DNA of 64,000 nt from a virus: the IMG/VR virus record IMGVR_UViG_3300017765_000001, positions 32,001-96,000 of that record; one strand, 5' to 3'. Below are positions 39,571 through 49,261 of the stretch, in pieces; position 1 is the stretch's first letter; every line of letters begins with the position of its first letter. A model generated the notes under the pieces. It was not told where the DNA came from, made no database searches, and worked only from the letters and a program-made list of their open reading frames with translations. Both the position numbers and the translations under genes were made by a program.

Positions 39571-39673
39571 ACTTGTCTGTGTCATAGTAGTCATTTTCAC
39601 CTTTTCGTAACCCGAAATATACTGTGGATAGTACAAAGGGTAAAGCAATCCATTTAAGTATCTCACCTAACAT
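39545..39673 (-). CDS. ndhP: NDH-1 small subunit NdhP (42 aa; absent from the ORF track)
   Basis: MLGEILKWIALPFVLSTVYFGLRKGENDYYDTDKYDGNGTAH*; TM helix plus a C-terminus matching the NdhP F/Y-Y-D-x-D-x-Y-x-G-N-G-x-A-H motif. Confidence 0.8.
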   Translation of the reverse strand: MLGEILKWIALPFVLSTVYFGLRKGENDYYDTDKYDGNGTAH

Positions 39674-40727
39674 GATGTCCCCCAAACATGTATCGCATTC
39701 CGTTTAAGATTTTATTTCCAAATTCTCCAAGTCTCCTTGAATTGAATCTTTCAAATAAAGCAGCAGATATAACTGGAGTTGGTACACCAAGATCTACAGC
39801 AGCATGAAGAGTCCAACGACCTTCACCAGAGTCTGATACCCCTCCATCAAATTTACTAAGATCATGATCATGTCTTAATACATCAGCAGTAAGATCAAGC
39901 AACCAACTGCCCACAACAGAACCACGACGCCAAAGCTCAGCTACTTCAGCACAGTCAATATCATATTCATAATCCTTTGGATTTTCCATTGGAGCCACCT
40001 CAGCATCACCTTCCTTGGTGTAGTTGGAACCAAGATTGCCATGATGCAAGATATTGAATCCCTCAGCATATGCCTGCATTATACCATATTCTACACCATT
40101 GTGAACCATTTTCACAAAGTGACCTGCTCCAGGACCCCCACAGTGAAGCCAACCATATTCAGCACTGGATGCTCTTGTATATGCATCTGTGCGAGGTGCA
40201 GCGGTGATACCTAGTGCAAGTGCCCTGAAAATGGGGGCACATGTAGATACTGCTGTATTTGCACCACCAACCATGAGACAGTATCCACGCTCCAGACCAT
40301 AAACTCCACCACTAGTACCACAGTCAATATATTGGATGCCCAACTTTGCCAGGTATTCTGCCCTTCTGCGAGAATCTTTAAAGTTGCTATTGCCATGATC
40401 AATAACAATATCCCCACTGCTAAGTAATGGTAGTAACTCATTAAGTGTGTCCTCTACAAGTTCTGCTGGAATGACAAGTTGGAAGATGCCAGGTTGCTCA
40501 ACATAAATTGTCTCACCAGATTTTTCCCCATAGACACTCTCTGCTTTTTTTACTACTTGAACAAGGCTTTCCAGAGAAGTGGCAACTCCACTGACATAAC
40601 CTGCTTCATACGCCTCTTGAGCTTTTTCATAGTTCCTCCTATATCCCCATGTTTCTATTCCTGCCTTCATCATACGACGAGACATACCCTCGCCCATACG
40701 ACCAAGACCAATAATACCCACTTTCAT
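39663..40727 (-). CDS. gnd: 6-phosphogluconate dehydrogenase (short form)
   Basis: GLGRMG; DCGTSGG; GAGHFVKMVHNGVEYG; SDSGEGRW; FGGH. Confidence 0.97.
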   Translation of the reverse strand: MKVGIIGLGRMGEGMSRRMMKAGIETWGYRRNYEKAQEAYEAGYVSGVATSLESLVQVVKKAESVYGEKSGETIYVEQPGIFQLVIPAELVEDTLNELLPLLSSGDIVIDHGNSNFKDSRRRAEYLAKLGIQYIDCGTSGGVYGLERGYCLMVGGANTAVSTCAPIFRALALGITAAPRTDAYTRASSAEYGWLHCGGPGAGHFVKMVHNGVEYGIMQAYAEGFNILHHGNLGSNYTKEGDAEVAPMENPKDYEYDIDCAEVAELWRRGSVVGSWLLDLTADVLRHDHDLSKFDGGVSDSGEGRWTLHAAVDLGVPTPVISAALFERFNSRRLGEFGNKILNGMRYMFGGHHVR

Positions 40728-40748
40728 AATTACACTCCCTTAAATTTT

Positions 40749-41346
40749 TCAATTTCTTTTACTCATTGCAAGTAATGTATCATATGGTATCCATGCTGGA
40801 TCCTCATCTGCAAATTGAACCTGCACCTCAACAATATTTCTCTCCAAATACCTAGAGTAAATTGTTCTTGTATTTTTGACGCAAGATATGATGTTTGTCA
40901 TCCTGTCCTCCTTGCAATTGCTGACATGCTTCTCCTATTCATTTCTTTAATTAGGTCACCATACTCTTTGTGCATTCTATCTCCTACCACATATCTTGCT
41001 TGCTTTTGTTCTAATGCACACACAATCAAAGCATAATCTTCTTGAGTGAAGTCAGGAAAATATTTTATCATTAATTCTATTGCAATTGAACAACATTAAG
41101 AACCTCTTCTTTTACTCTATCTATTATATCCTGCATCATGTCAACATCAATACCCATGAAGGGTGGAATCATACCAATGACTCTGAAGAATCCCTCAGCA
41201 AAAAGAGCCAGGAAAATAATCCCAAGGAACATGCTAATGATAGATGCATTACGATTGTGCTTGTTAATAGCATTGTCAATCATTTTTTCACATTCTTCTT
41301 TTGTGACATGATGAGCAGGTTTTATCTCATCCATTCTGTGTGCCAT
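40749..41346 (-). CDS. Three small hypothetical ORFs (40749-40901, 40898-41071, 41077-41346)
   Basis: Manual translation plus ORF track. Confidence 0.5.
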
Positions 41347-41893
41347 GAATCAATTCCTCACAAGAGGGCAAATCATTTGTTAATCTACCTGAATTTATTA
41401 ATTCAATTGCCTCAAGTAGTTCTCTTGAATGTTCTAATTCATCATTAAGAATCTCAAGAATTTTATCATCAGGACCATTCAAGGCAAGATACTTCCCATA
41501 AGTTTCTGCTGCATGAATCTCTACTTCGTAGGAGAGATGGTAAGCAGAACGAGGAGCCACCCAATAATAAACCACATTCACCCAATAGTAGATAAGTACA
41601 AGGTGTCTGGCAAAAAAGCGATCAATCCAATAAGAATTTCCACCACGACTTTCCATGTATTCTAGATGTTCTGTTTCGTTAAGAGTCTGAGCAAAATGTT
41701 CCTTCATCAAATAAATGTGTTCTGGACCTCGTAAACCCATGGATTCTCTCAAGTGCAACACACTTAAGAATGCAAAATATGGTGCTCTGGCAATCTCCTC
41801 AAGCACCCAGAATCTTTGATAGTCTCTTCCTGAATAGAGGAAGTCAATGATTGCTACAGTAATGTTTAAAGTAACTTCATTGAATTTTTTCAT
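41327..41893 (-). CDS. ptoX: Plastoquinol terminal oxidase
   Basis: LEEIARAPYF; NETEHL; EIHAAETY; DELEH diiron ligands. Confidence 0.93.
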   Translation of the reverse strand: MKKFNEVTLNITVAIIDFLYSGRDYQRFWVLEEIARAPYFAFLSVLHLRESMGLRGPEHIYLMKEHFAQTLNETEHLEYMESRGGNSYWIDRFFARHLVLIYYWVNVVYYWVAPRSAYHLSYEVEIHAAETYGKYLALNGPDDKILEILNDELEHSRELLEAIELINSGRLTNDLPSCEELIHGTQNG

Positions 41894-41894
41894 T

Positions 41895-42218
41895 TTACTC
41901 TACGTGAATAGTACCTGTCATTCCAGCTCCCTGATGTGGTCCACAAAAAAAATCATAATCACCTGCGTCTGCAAATGTAATATCTTGTGATTCACCAGGT
42001 GAAAACATTAGTGCTTCTCTGGACAAGTCTGCACGACCCCCAACAATAATATTGTGTGGCGGAAGCATCCCATTAACAAAGTGAACTGTGTCTCCTGCCT
42101 TTATTGTAATATCAGATGGATCAAAAATCAAGTTCCCATTTGATCCCAATGTGACATCAACTGCCCATACTGGCGCAACAAAAAATAGTGTAGCCAGCAA
42201 AGCAAAAATAAACTTCAT
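41895..42218 (-). CDS. petE: Plastocyanin
   Basis: Signal peptide; PHN...CGPHQGAGM copper ligands. Confidence 0.95.
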   Translation of the reverse strand: MKFIFALLATLFFVAPVWAVDVTLGSNGNLIFDPSDITIKAGDTVHFVNGMLPPHNIIVGGRADLSREALMFSPGESQDITFADAGDYDFFCGPHQGAGMTGTIHVE

Positions 42219-42282
42219 ATAAGTTTAGCAACTACACTATCTAGGTGTTTATTCTTTTCTTAAAACTTTTTTTATTAGGATA

Positions 42283-42726
42283 TCATGACTCTTTTTTGGG
42301 ATCAACTGCTGATGCCACAGGTGGTTCTCCAGCAATTTTAATTGGTCCTTGTTCAATCCTAATTGTTTGTGCTGGTGCAGTCTGAGCAGCAGCTGCTATC
42401 AGTCTTTCCAGATCTGCCTTACTTACTCCACCACCACCTGAAGAACCATTTCCGTTCTTCTTAGCAGTCTGAACCCCAAAAGTAGCTAAAACCCCAGTGA
42501 AGACCGAGGCGATGAAAGTTGGGTCCAGTTTTTGTTCTGGGATTCCCAAAGCAGGGGGTAATTTGATGTACGCAAGTGTGAGAATTCCCCCACTCCAAAT
42601 AAGAATACCAAGCCTAACAAAAGTAGAAAGAATCGCCAACTGTTCATCAGAGTCATCTAATTTATCCTTTAGTTTACTAATGGGACCTTTGGTCTTTGTG
42701 TCTTCCTTCTTTACTTCTGCAGGCAT
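42283..42726 (-). CDS. Conserved cyanophage two-TM membrane protein
   Basis: WSGGILTLAY...DPTFIASVFTGVLATFGV. Confidence 0.65.
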   Translation of the reverse strand: MPAEVKKEDTKTKGPISKLKDKLDDSDEQLAILSTFVRLGILIWSGGILTLAYIKLPPALGIPEQKLDPTFIASVFTGVLATFGVQTAKKNGNGSSGGGGVSKADLERLIAAAAQTAPAQTIRIEQGPIKIAGEPPVASAVDPKKES

Positions 42727-42882
42727 GGCACTAGAGTATCTGGGTTATTTATTATGCACCCTCATAAACTGGAGACATAATTCCACCACCTGGACCATCA
42801 TTATCATCATCAACATTATTTGTAAGTGCCCAGACAACCCAGGCAAATATTAATCCTGATGATAGTGCTAACATATTCTCAA

Positions 42883-42990
42883 TCACCAGACACCTGGGAT
42901 GATTTGTCCTGTAAAGGCATATGAACCAATTGCTGCTACAACACCCAGCATGGCTGCCCAACCATTGATACGTTCTGCTTTTTCGTTCAT
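42883..42990 (-). CDS. hli: High-light inducible protein (35 aa; absent from the ORF track)
   Basis: MNEKAERINGWAAMLGVVAAIGSYAFTGQIIPGVW*. Confidence 0.92.
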   Translation of the reverse strand: MNEKAERINGWAAMLGVVAAIGSYAFTGQIIPGVW

Positions 42991-43444
42991 TGTCCTGTCT
43001 CCTGTAGTGTAAGATAAAAGTTTTCGTTTGTGGGTCGTCTACCATCTAGTTCATAGATTGTAGAATCACCGTATGTTTTGTGATCTTTGTATCCAACCAT
43101 TCTGCCCTTTGTATTTTGAAGGGCTGGCATGAATACAATAAAAAAGAATACTCCTGGGGCACCAATCAAAAGGGCACCACCAATAATATAGTAAGTAAGA
43201 ATTTCAAGAAGTGGTGATTGCATAATTAAACTGTGAAGTGCTTGGAAATAACTTGGATACGTTCTTCTTCTTTTGCAATTAGGTCAATCTGCTCTTGAAT
43301 AGCACCTAATACATCTGAATGCTCACCAATGCCAACAGGACTATGAAGGTAGATTTCTACATTCATCTTTGCCCTTTGGATGTTGCCCTTTGATTGTTCA
43401 ATCAGAGCAGTGGTGATATCATCTTTGAGTGAATGGCAAGACAT
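42987..43444 (-). CDS. Two small hypothetical ORFs in the hli cluster (42987-43223, 43226-43444)
   Basis: ORF track; PVGIGEH motif in the second. Confidence 0.55.
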
Positions 43445-43529
43445 CAGTATGTTTCAGATAACTGTTCTACAGAATAACCCAAAAGCACAAAAAAAGCAAT
43501 ACTTGTGACAGTAAAGATTGTTTCTACCA

Positions 43530-43739
43530 TCAGATCAAACCAAAGAAAAGATTTCCAGTCAGTGAATAGGAAAAGATAGCAAAAAAGAATCCTACCATGG
43601 CAGTTCTGCCATTGAGTTTCTCTGCACGCTCTGCATATGTTTCATAACCATAACGCTCAGCATCTGATTTTGAAACATACATTTGTGGTTCCTTAGCAAA
43701 AAGATTTTGCTGACCATGCTCATTAGTTGTTACAGTCAT
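43530..43739 (-). CDS. hli: High-light inducible protein
   Basis: AEKLNGRTAMVGF motif. Confidence 0.9.
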   Translation of the reverse strand: MTVTTNEHGQQNLFAKEPQMYVSKSDAERYGYETYAERAEKLNGRTAMVGFFFAIFSYSLTGNLFFGLI

Positions 43740-43763
43740 TTACCAATTGTAATGAATCTTTAC

Positions 43764-43800
43764 ATATTATATATAAAAAAAATCCCCCTGTCAAGGGGGA
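43764..43800 (-). promoter_or_regulatory. Composite terminator/promoter upstream of hli
   Basis: TCCCCC-TTGACA-GGGGGA-T8 hairpin; TATAAT 19 nt after the -35. Confidence 0.6.
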
Positions 43801-43817
43801 GGTGTAGTAATTTATAC

Positions 43818-44006
43818 TTAGTAGTCTTCTCCTTCAAGGATATCCTGACATTTCTCAGGGTTCTTTTCACAAAATTGTCTCACATAACCATGAACATCTT
43901 CATCCATGCGATGATGATAGTTGTTGTGCATAACACCAACAAAAATAAGAAATCCAATAATTAAAAGATTGAAATAAGTTACTGGAGAGGTTAAAATTCT
44001 TTTCAT
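43818..44006 (-). CDS. Small hypothetical membrane protein
   Basis: TM segment; follows a terminator at 44006-44030. Confidence 0.5.
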   Translation of the reverse strand: MKRILTSPVTYFNLLIIGFLIFVGVMHNNYHHRMDEDVHGYVRQFCEKNPEKCQDILEGEDY

Positions 44007-44055
44007 AAAAAAAAGGGGTCCGCAGACCCCTATATTATAGCAGATATTTCAACTA

Positions 44056-44436
44056 TCAGAAGGCATATTTCACACCAACTTTAGCACCCCAATCAATGAT
44101 CTCATCACCATCAGAGTCCTCACCAGCAGTCATTCCTGCAATTTCACCATAGATGCCCAGATCCTCTGTGGCAGCATAGGACAGACCAACCTTACCTGAG
44201 AGTTCAGTCTCAGTGTCATCAGCAACTTCACTGTGGACAAAGGCAGGACCACCTTGGACATAGTATCCAACCTTACCTGAACCACCTTCAACACCTACAT
44301 GAAGATCGGTAACTGCTGAAGTATACTCTCCATCAGGATATGAAGCATTGGCCTCTACATTGACGTAGGGTCCTGCAAGGGCAGCACCAGCGAAAAGAGG
44401 AGCAGCAGCAAGAGCTGCGATTACAGATTTAAACAT
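44056..44436 (-). CDS. Small outer-membrane beta-barrel-like protein
   Basis: Signal peptide; alternating beta strands; C-terminal KVGVKYAF (terminal Phe). Confidence 0.7.
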   Translation of the reverse strand: MFKSVIAALAAAPLFAGAALAGPYVNVEANASYPDGEYTSAVTDLHVGVEGGSGKVGYYVQGGPAFVHSEVADDTETELSGKVGLSYAATEDLGIYGEIAGMTAGEDSDGDEIIDWGAKVGVKYAF

Positions 44437-44640
44437 TTTTTTTACCTTAGTTACTTGCGGAATGATTACCCGCAGATGGAAGAACCTCGACATGGTTCTG
44501 TTTAGAAATTTTGGATTGAATAGAAACTTGCTCTAGTAATTGAGGAGGTTATTTCTTTGTTAATCTACCAAAATTGAAAGACTTACTCAAGTAATTGCGG
44601 AGTTTGTCTTTGGACACATATAGATTTCTTTACTTTTGTT

Positions 44641-44674
44641 TATTTAGTATAGATACCTACCATAATTTTGTCAA
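44641..44674 (-). promoter_or_regulatory. Early promoter TTGACA-17-TATACT with overlapping late-like CTAAATA
   Basis: Consensus elements read directly. Confidence 0.6.
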
Positions 44675-45504
44675 GACTTTGGTGTATTATCACTACTATG
44701 TGAGGGTTCCACCACTCTTCCTAGGTAGGGATCAAAATCCATAAGATCCTGGATCTTCATTTGAGCACCTTGTTGTGACCAATAACCAAACTGAGCATTA
44801 TAATTTCCCTTATGAAAAACATCAATGTGCTCTGGATGAATACTAGATCCTAACTCAATTTTGTATAAGAGAAGAGGAATAGAATAAGTATTTCCAGAAT
44901 TGTAAATCAAATCATCAGCTACTGGTCTTGGTTTGACACCATTATCTAGTTTGTATTTGTCACCTTTACAGTGCAATCTAATGAGTTTTTCAGCATGATG
45001 TCTGTTAATAATATAACAGGCAGTAGAAAACTCATTTACAAATCTCTTGTGAATCTTGATATGGACATCACCAGTGCAGATAATTGCTATCTGAACAACA
45101 TCCCAATCATATGGAAGTTTACAATAGAAATCCCTCCAAGTAAAGTTCCAGTACTTAACAAGGTCCAGACTGCAGTCATCCTCCATGAAGATAGCATAAG
45201 GAGAGTCAGAGGTTTCATACCAGTGCTTAATAGCTTTGAGATGTGATGTAACACATCCAATCTCACCAGAGGACATCATCTCTGGATATCTACCTTTGAT
45301 GATATGACTCAGATCATCATCTCTACCATCATACCCAGAGATACGTGTGTAATTCTCAATCTCCCAATACTTGAATTGTTCCTCCATGTATTCCCATCTC
45401 TCTGGTTGTCCATCAAGATTAGTAACATAGATGGGTCCAATGCCACTGAGTTTAAATGCTGATTTATTTTTATCTACCACTGATTCTGTCATATCACCTC
45501 CCAA
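44671..45504 (-). CDS. Glycosyltransferase family 25-like
   Basis: YVTNLD...R; GEIGCVTSHLKAI; EDD; STACYIIN. Confidence 0.8.
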   Translation of the reverse strand: MGGDMTESVVDKNKSAFKLSGIGPIYVTNLDGQPERWEYMEEQFKYWEIENYTRISGYDGRDDDLSHIIKGRYPEMMSSGEIGCVTSHLKAIKHWYETSDSPYAIFMEDDCSLDLVKYWNFTWRDFYCKLPYDWDVVQIAIICTGDVHIKIHKRFVNEFSTACYIINRHHAEKLIRLHCKGDKYKLDNGVKPRPVADDLIYNSGNTYSIPLLLYKIELGSSIHPEHIDVFHKGNYNAQFGYWSQQGAQMKIQDLMDFDPYLGRVVEPSHSSDNTPKS

Positions 45505-46283
45505 TGATCTGGATACAAGTCTTTAGTATTTAAGTGTGCATTATTAGGACCAAACCATTTCTTTGGTGCGATCACTCTTCCTCTGTTTGCTAACCATGCT
45601 CCCCACCAACTGAATGAACTGTTGGCTATAATAAAATCATTACACTGTGTCATCATGTATAGGTCATGATATGAATCTGCCTGTTCTGAAATAATAAAAC
45701 TATCTTCAGAGAATAGATCTTGTTCCATACACCAGGCAGGATCATCACTGAAGATAATAACTTGTCTACCTTTCTCAAATTTACTGAGTGCATCAGCATA
45801 GTATTCAAGACTTTGGTTATGATGATTTCCAGAGTTTGTGAGAAAATCACCTCTTCTGATGTGAAGGGAAATAGGATTATCAAAGTAATTATCAATGATA
45901 TTCTTACATTCGTCAACTATGTGTTGTTTGAATGTAAACTCTTTTCTGACTTTATCTTGGATATGAATAAAGTATTTTTCTGTTTGATAGAATCCATGGA
46001 GTGTGAAATCATCATTTTTGATATCAAAAACACTATCATCAAATTCAAATCCAGATTGTTGATATACCTTTCCACTGTTGATGAAACCAATGTTAGGTTT
46101 GATATTGAAACAATCAAAGAGTTCTATGTGTAGTTTGTTTCCAATACCATCATCAAAGATCTCATCATGTTTGGGTATCTTAAATCCCACTCCAATTTTA
46201 TCTGCTATACCCATGGTAGCAGCATATTGAAACATTTGGTTTCCCAACTGTCCCAACTTTCCAAGGTAATCAAATCCTATCAT
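45489..46283 (-). CDS. Alpha-1,2-fucosyltransferase (GT11)
   Basis: GQLGNQMFQYA; GFYQTEKYF; LHIRRGD; IIANSSFSWWGAWL. Confidence 0.9.
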   Translation of the reverse strand: MIGFDYLGKLGQLGNQMFQYAATMGIADKIGVGFKIPKHDEIFDDGIGNKLHIELFDCFNIKPNIGFINSGKVYQQSGFEFDDSVFDIKNDDFTLHGFYQTEKYFIHIQDKVRKEFTFKQHIVDECKNIIDNYFDNPISLHIRRGDFLTNSGNHHNQSLEYYADALSKFEKGRQVIIFSDDPAWCMEQDLFSEDSFIISEQADSYHDLYMMTQCNDFIIANSSFSWWGAWLANRGRVIAPKKWFGPNNAHLNTKDLYPDHWEVI

Positions 46284-47176
46284 TGTTTCTTAATCCAATC
46301 AAGAACATCAATCTCAGGCATCCACCCCAAGACATTTGCTATCTTACTTATGTTAGCAAATGTCATATCCATTTCACCTGACCTTTTAGGAATGTATGTT
46401 TGATTATCAGAAATTGCATCAGCAATACTTTGAACAGAGACACACTTACCACTACCCACATTGAATACCTCACCAGCATGTCCTTTGAGTGGCATGGTAG
46501 ATGCAAGATAGTTTGCCCTTGCTACATCCTTGACATGAATAAAATCCCTCTTCTGTGATCCATCTCCAACAATGGTCAGTGGTTCACCAGCATCTTTCTG
46601 TCTCTGGAAAATACCTATCACAGGAGCATATTGACCCCTTGTGGGGGATCTATCGCCATACACATTGAAGTATCTCAGAACAACTGTCTCAAGACCATAG
46701 AGGTTGGTGTACATCTTACAAAACTTCTCTGCTGCTATCTTTGATGCAGAGTAAGGATTCAAGCAATCATCAGGTTGAGTTTCAACATTGGGAACAGAAT
46801 TATTTCCATAACCAGATGAAGTGGAGGAGTAGATAAATCTTTCAACACCTGCCTCTCTTGCACACTGAAGAACAGTGGCTGTGCCTACACAGTTCCTGTG
46901 TACTGCTTGAATGGGATTTTCAATTGCTGGTTGAAGTCTTGACTCTGCAGCAAGGTGATATACATGCTTTACATTCATAAAGCAATTTCTTAACTCTTTA
47001 TAGTTGCATATATCAACCTTAATATTAATTACCCTATCACTATCACTCCAATAAAACTTATCATTATTAGCACTTTCATTGTCAACACAAATTACTCTCT
47101 CTCCTTTACTGATTAAATAATCTACAAGGTTAGATCCAATAAATCCAGATCCACCAGTAACAAGGCTATACATCAC
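46280..47176 (-). CDS. NAD-dependent sugar epimerase/dehydratase
   Basis: VTGGSGFIGS; YSASK; LRYFNVYG; RDFIHV. Confidence 0.9.
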   Translation of the reverse strand: MMYSLVTGGSGFIGSNLVDYLISKGERVICVDNESANNDKFYWSDSDRVINIKVDICNYKELRNCFMNVKHVYHLAAESRLQPAIENPIQAVHRNCVGTATVLQCAREAGVERFIYSSTSSGYGNNSVPNVETQPDDCLNPYSASKIAAEKFCKMYTNLYGLETVVLRYFNVYGDRSPTRGQYAPVIGIFQRQKDAGEPLTIVGDGSQKRDFIHVKDVARANYLASTMPLKGHAGEVFNVGSGKCVSVQSIADAISDNQTYIPKRSGEMDMTFANISKIANVLGWMPEIDVLDWIKKQ

Positions 47177-48027
47177 TTGATACCTCTCTTTTCCTTCATA
47201 TCATTAAACACCTTAGCAATACCTTCGTCAATGGTGGTCTTGGGAAGCCACCATCCAAGAATATAATTATCAGCTTCATTTCTCTTGTCCAGTTGCACAC
47301 TATCTTTAGCAATCCCTGGTATGATTTTAATTGGTTTACTAATCAAATTAAACTGACCTTGAATAATATCTGCAATTTGTCTGATACTATTGTTGTGGAA
47401 TGATGTGATATGCAGTGGGTCATCTGATTTAAAATCTGTATAACAATTCATCACAGTTTCAAGTGCCTCACAGCAATCCTCTGCATATAGGAATTGCCTT
47501 TCTTCTGTTCCATCTGTCATCATCTCAAATTCACCTTCATCAAATCCTTTATTGATAAAGTCAGTAATGACATGAGCTTTGTCCATATCATTCTCAATAC
47601 CATAGACATTCCAGAACTTCACAATCAGTCCTTTCAGTGCCTTGGTGTAGAGTTCTCCAACTCTCTTGGCAACACCATAAGGGGAGTAACTCATGTTACT
47701 CATCTGGGATGATGCGAACACAAATCTCTTGTTGTACTTCTCAAGGAGACCAAACACACTTGCCATCATCCGTGTGTTGTTATCAATGAACTTGAAGGTA
47801 TGTTGATACTTCTTCAGGTATCTTGATCCACCCACATCAAAGGCAAGGAAGAACACAAAGTCTGATTCTTTGATCAGGTGTTCAAGAGCAAGGTTTGGAA
47901 TTTGTGTGAGGTCTTGAGTAGGGACACTTGCAATGTCATACTCAAATACATGATGTCCCTTATTACTAAGATACTCAGTCAAGTAAGCACCAATCTGACC
48001 AGCAGATCCTAAAATTGTAATCTTCAT
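47173..48027 (-). CDS. NAD-dependent epimerase/dehydratase
   Basis: LGSAGQIG; YGVAK; FWNVYG; RQFLYAED. Confidence 0.85.
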   Translation of the reverse strand: MKITILGSAGQIGAYLTEYLSNKGHHVFEYDIASVPTQDLTQIPNLALEHLIKESDFVFFLAFDVGGSRYLKKYQHTFKFIDNNTRMMASVFGLLEKYNKRFVFASSQMSNMSYSPYGVAKRVGELYTKALKGLIVKFWNVYGIENDMDKAHVITDFINKGFDEGEFEMMTDGTEERQFLYAEDCCEALETVMNCYTDFKSDDPLHITSFHNNSIRQIADIIQGQFNLISKPIKIIPGIAKDSVQLDKRNEADNYILGWWLPKTTIDEGIAKVFNDMKEKRGIK

Positions 48028-48785
48028 AATGCCTCAACGATTGAATTGTAAATCTCTTTCTTTAGTTTAGTGGTTGAATAACCATGATCCTGGCGTTTAA
48101 TCCAAACTATATCTATGTCAATATCTTTACCAGTGTAAGATCCATCTTCATAATCATCACCAAGGAATCTTACATCATAATCTGAGAGATAAGAAAGAAA
48201 AGTATCCTCTGCTTGATAGACTACAACATCATCAATATACCTTATTGATTTCAGTATTTCTTTTCTATCCTCAAGAGACTGTACAGGTATCATTTTGTGT
48301 GGACGTCCCATATTAGGATTCTCATGCAGTGCAACAGTCAGATGATTACAGTAATCCTTTGCCTCTTTGAACATCCTAATATATCCAGGGTGAATAATGT
48401 CAAATGCTCCAGCCACAATACCTTTTCTTAGTGGCATTCTTTTTTTCCATTCTTCTACACTGATACCCTTGTCATCAATAAACAAATCAGCAGTTGGTTT
48501 ATGAAACATAGGTTCAAGTTCATGATACTTGTATCCCCACATTGCCAATTGATTTCTAGTAAGGTCTGAGTGATCAATACCAGAACCTCTACCTCTTGCT
48601 GTCATGAAGATAATGTGATGTCCCTCATCATATAGACGATTGACATGCTCCACCATCCAGGTGAATGGCAGAGCATTATAGTAATCTGGTTTTCCTAGAG
48701 AATTATTAGGAGTATGACAGAGTGTGCCATCAATATCAAAACAATATCTCATACAACACCATGTAAGAATATCTGGTGTACGCAT
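48024..48785 (-). CDS. HAD phosphatase / HIGH-family nucleotidyltransferase fusion
   Basis: FDIDGT...KP...IDDK, then GAFDIIHPGY...GDDY...STT. Confidence 0.8.
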   Translation of the reverse strand: MRTPDILTWCCMRYCFDIDGTLCHTPNNSLGKPDYYNALPFTWMVEHVNRLYDEGHHIIFMTARGRGSGIDHSDLTRNQLAMWGYKYHELEPMFHKPTADLFIDDKGISVEEWKKRMPLRKGIVAGAFDIIHPGYIRMFKEAKDYCNHLTVALHENPNMGRPHKMIPVQSLEDRKEILKSIRYIDDVVVYQAEDTFLSYLSDYDVRFLGDDYEDGSYTGKDIDIDIVWIKRQDHGYSTTKLKKEIYNSIVEAL

Positions 48786-49261
48786 TCTACCACACCATAT
48801 GACCTGCTGGCAATATAATAATTCCAGAGTGCATTAGTAGCTTCATTTCTAATAGTATTGTCAGGACTAAATCCAGTTAACACACCATAGGGGATCTGAT
48901 TGTCTTCACACCAGTCCACACATTTCAGCATGTTCTTTGACTCACCCCCTGAGCTCATGATTACAACTAGAGTATCATCCTCAACATAATACTCCAGAAA
49001 TTTCTTGTATGCATAATCATAACCAAAATCATTTGTGAGCATGGTAATCATTGAAGGATCAGAGAGGATAGACACCTTCTTACTATGAAACTTCATGTAA
49101 TCTTGAGAGATATGAGAAGCAACTGAATTGCTTCCACCATTACCTAGAATAATGATTCTATTGTAGTTCTCAAATGCTTTTTGATACTTCTCAAACTCAC
49201 TTTCAGTATGAGCATTTTGTAAAGCATCAACATACTCGCTAAATGGATTGTTTATAGACAT
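48749..49261 (-). CDS. SIS-domain phosphosugar (phosphoheptose) isomerase, GmhA-like
   Basis: GNGGS; NDFGY; SSGGES.N; E..H...LH. Confidence 0.8.
   Translation of the reverse strand: MSINNPFSEYVDALQNAHTESEFEKYQKAFENYNRIIILGNGGSNSVASHISQDYMKFHSKKVSILSDPSMITMLTNDFGYDYAYKKFLEYYVEDDTLVVIMSSGGESKNMLKCVDWCEDNQIPYGVLTGFSPDNTIRNEATNALWNYYIASRSYGVVECVHQIFLHGVV

Noticed and set aside
39571-39666. N-terminal extension of Zwf in the ORF track
   Set aside because: The region is better explained by ndhP in another frame; Zwf homology begins near HIVIFG.
43748-43764. NtcA box upstream of hli
   Set aside because: TGTA-N9-TACA has the wrong spacing; an RpaB/HLR1-type site is possible but too degenerate to call.
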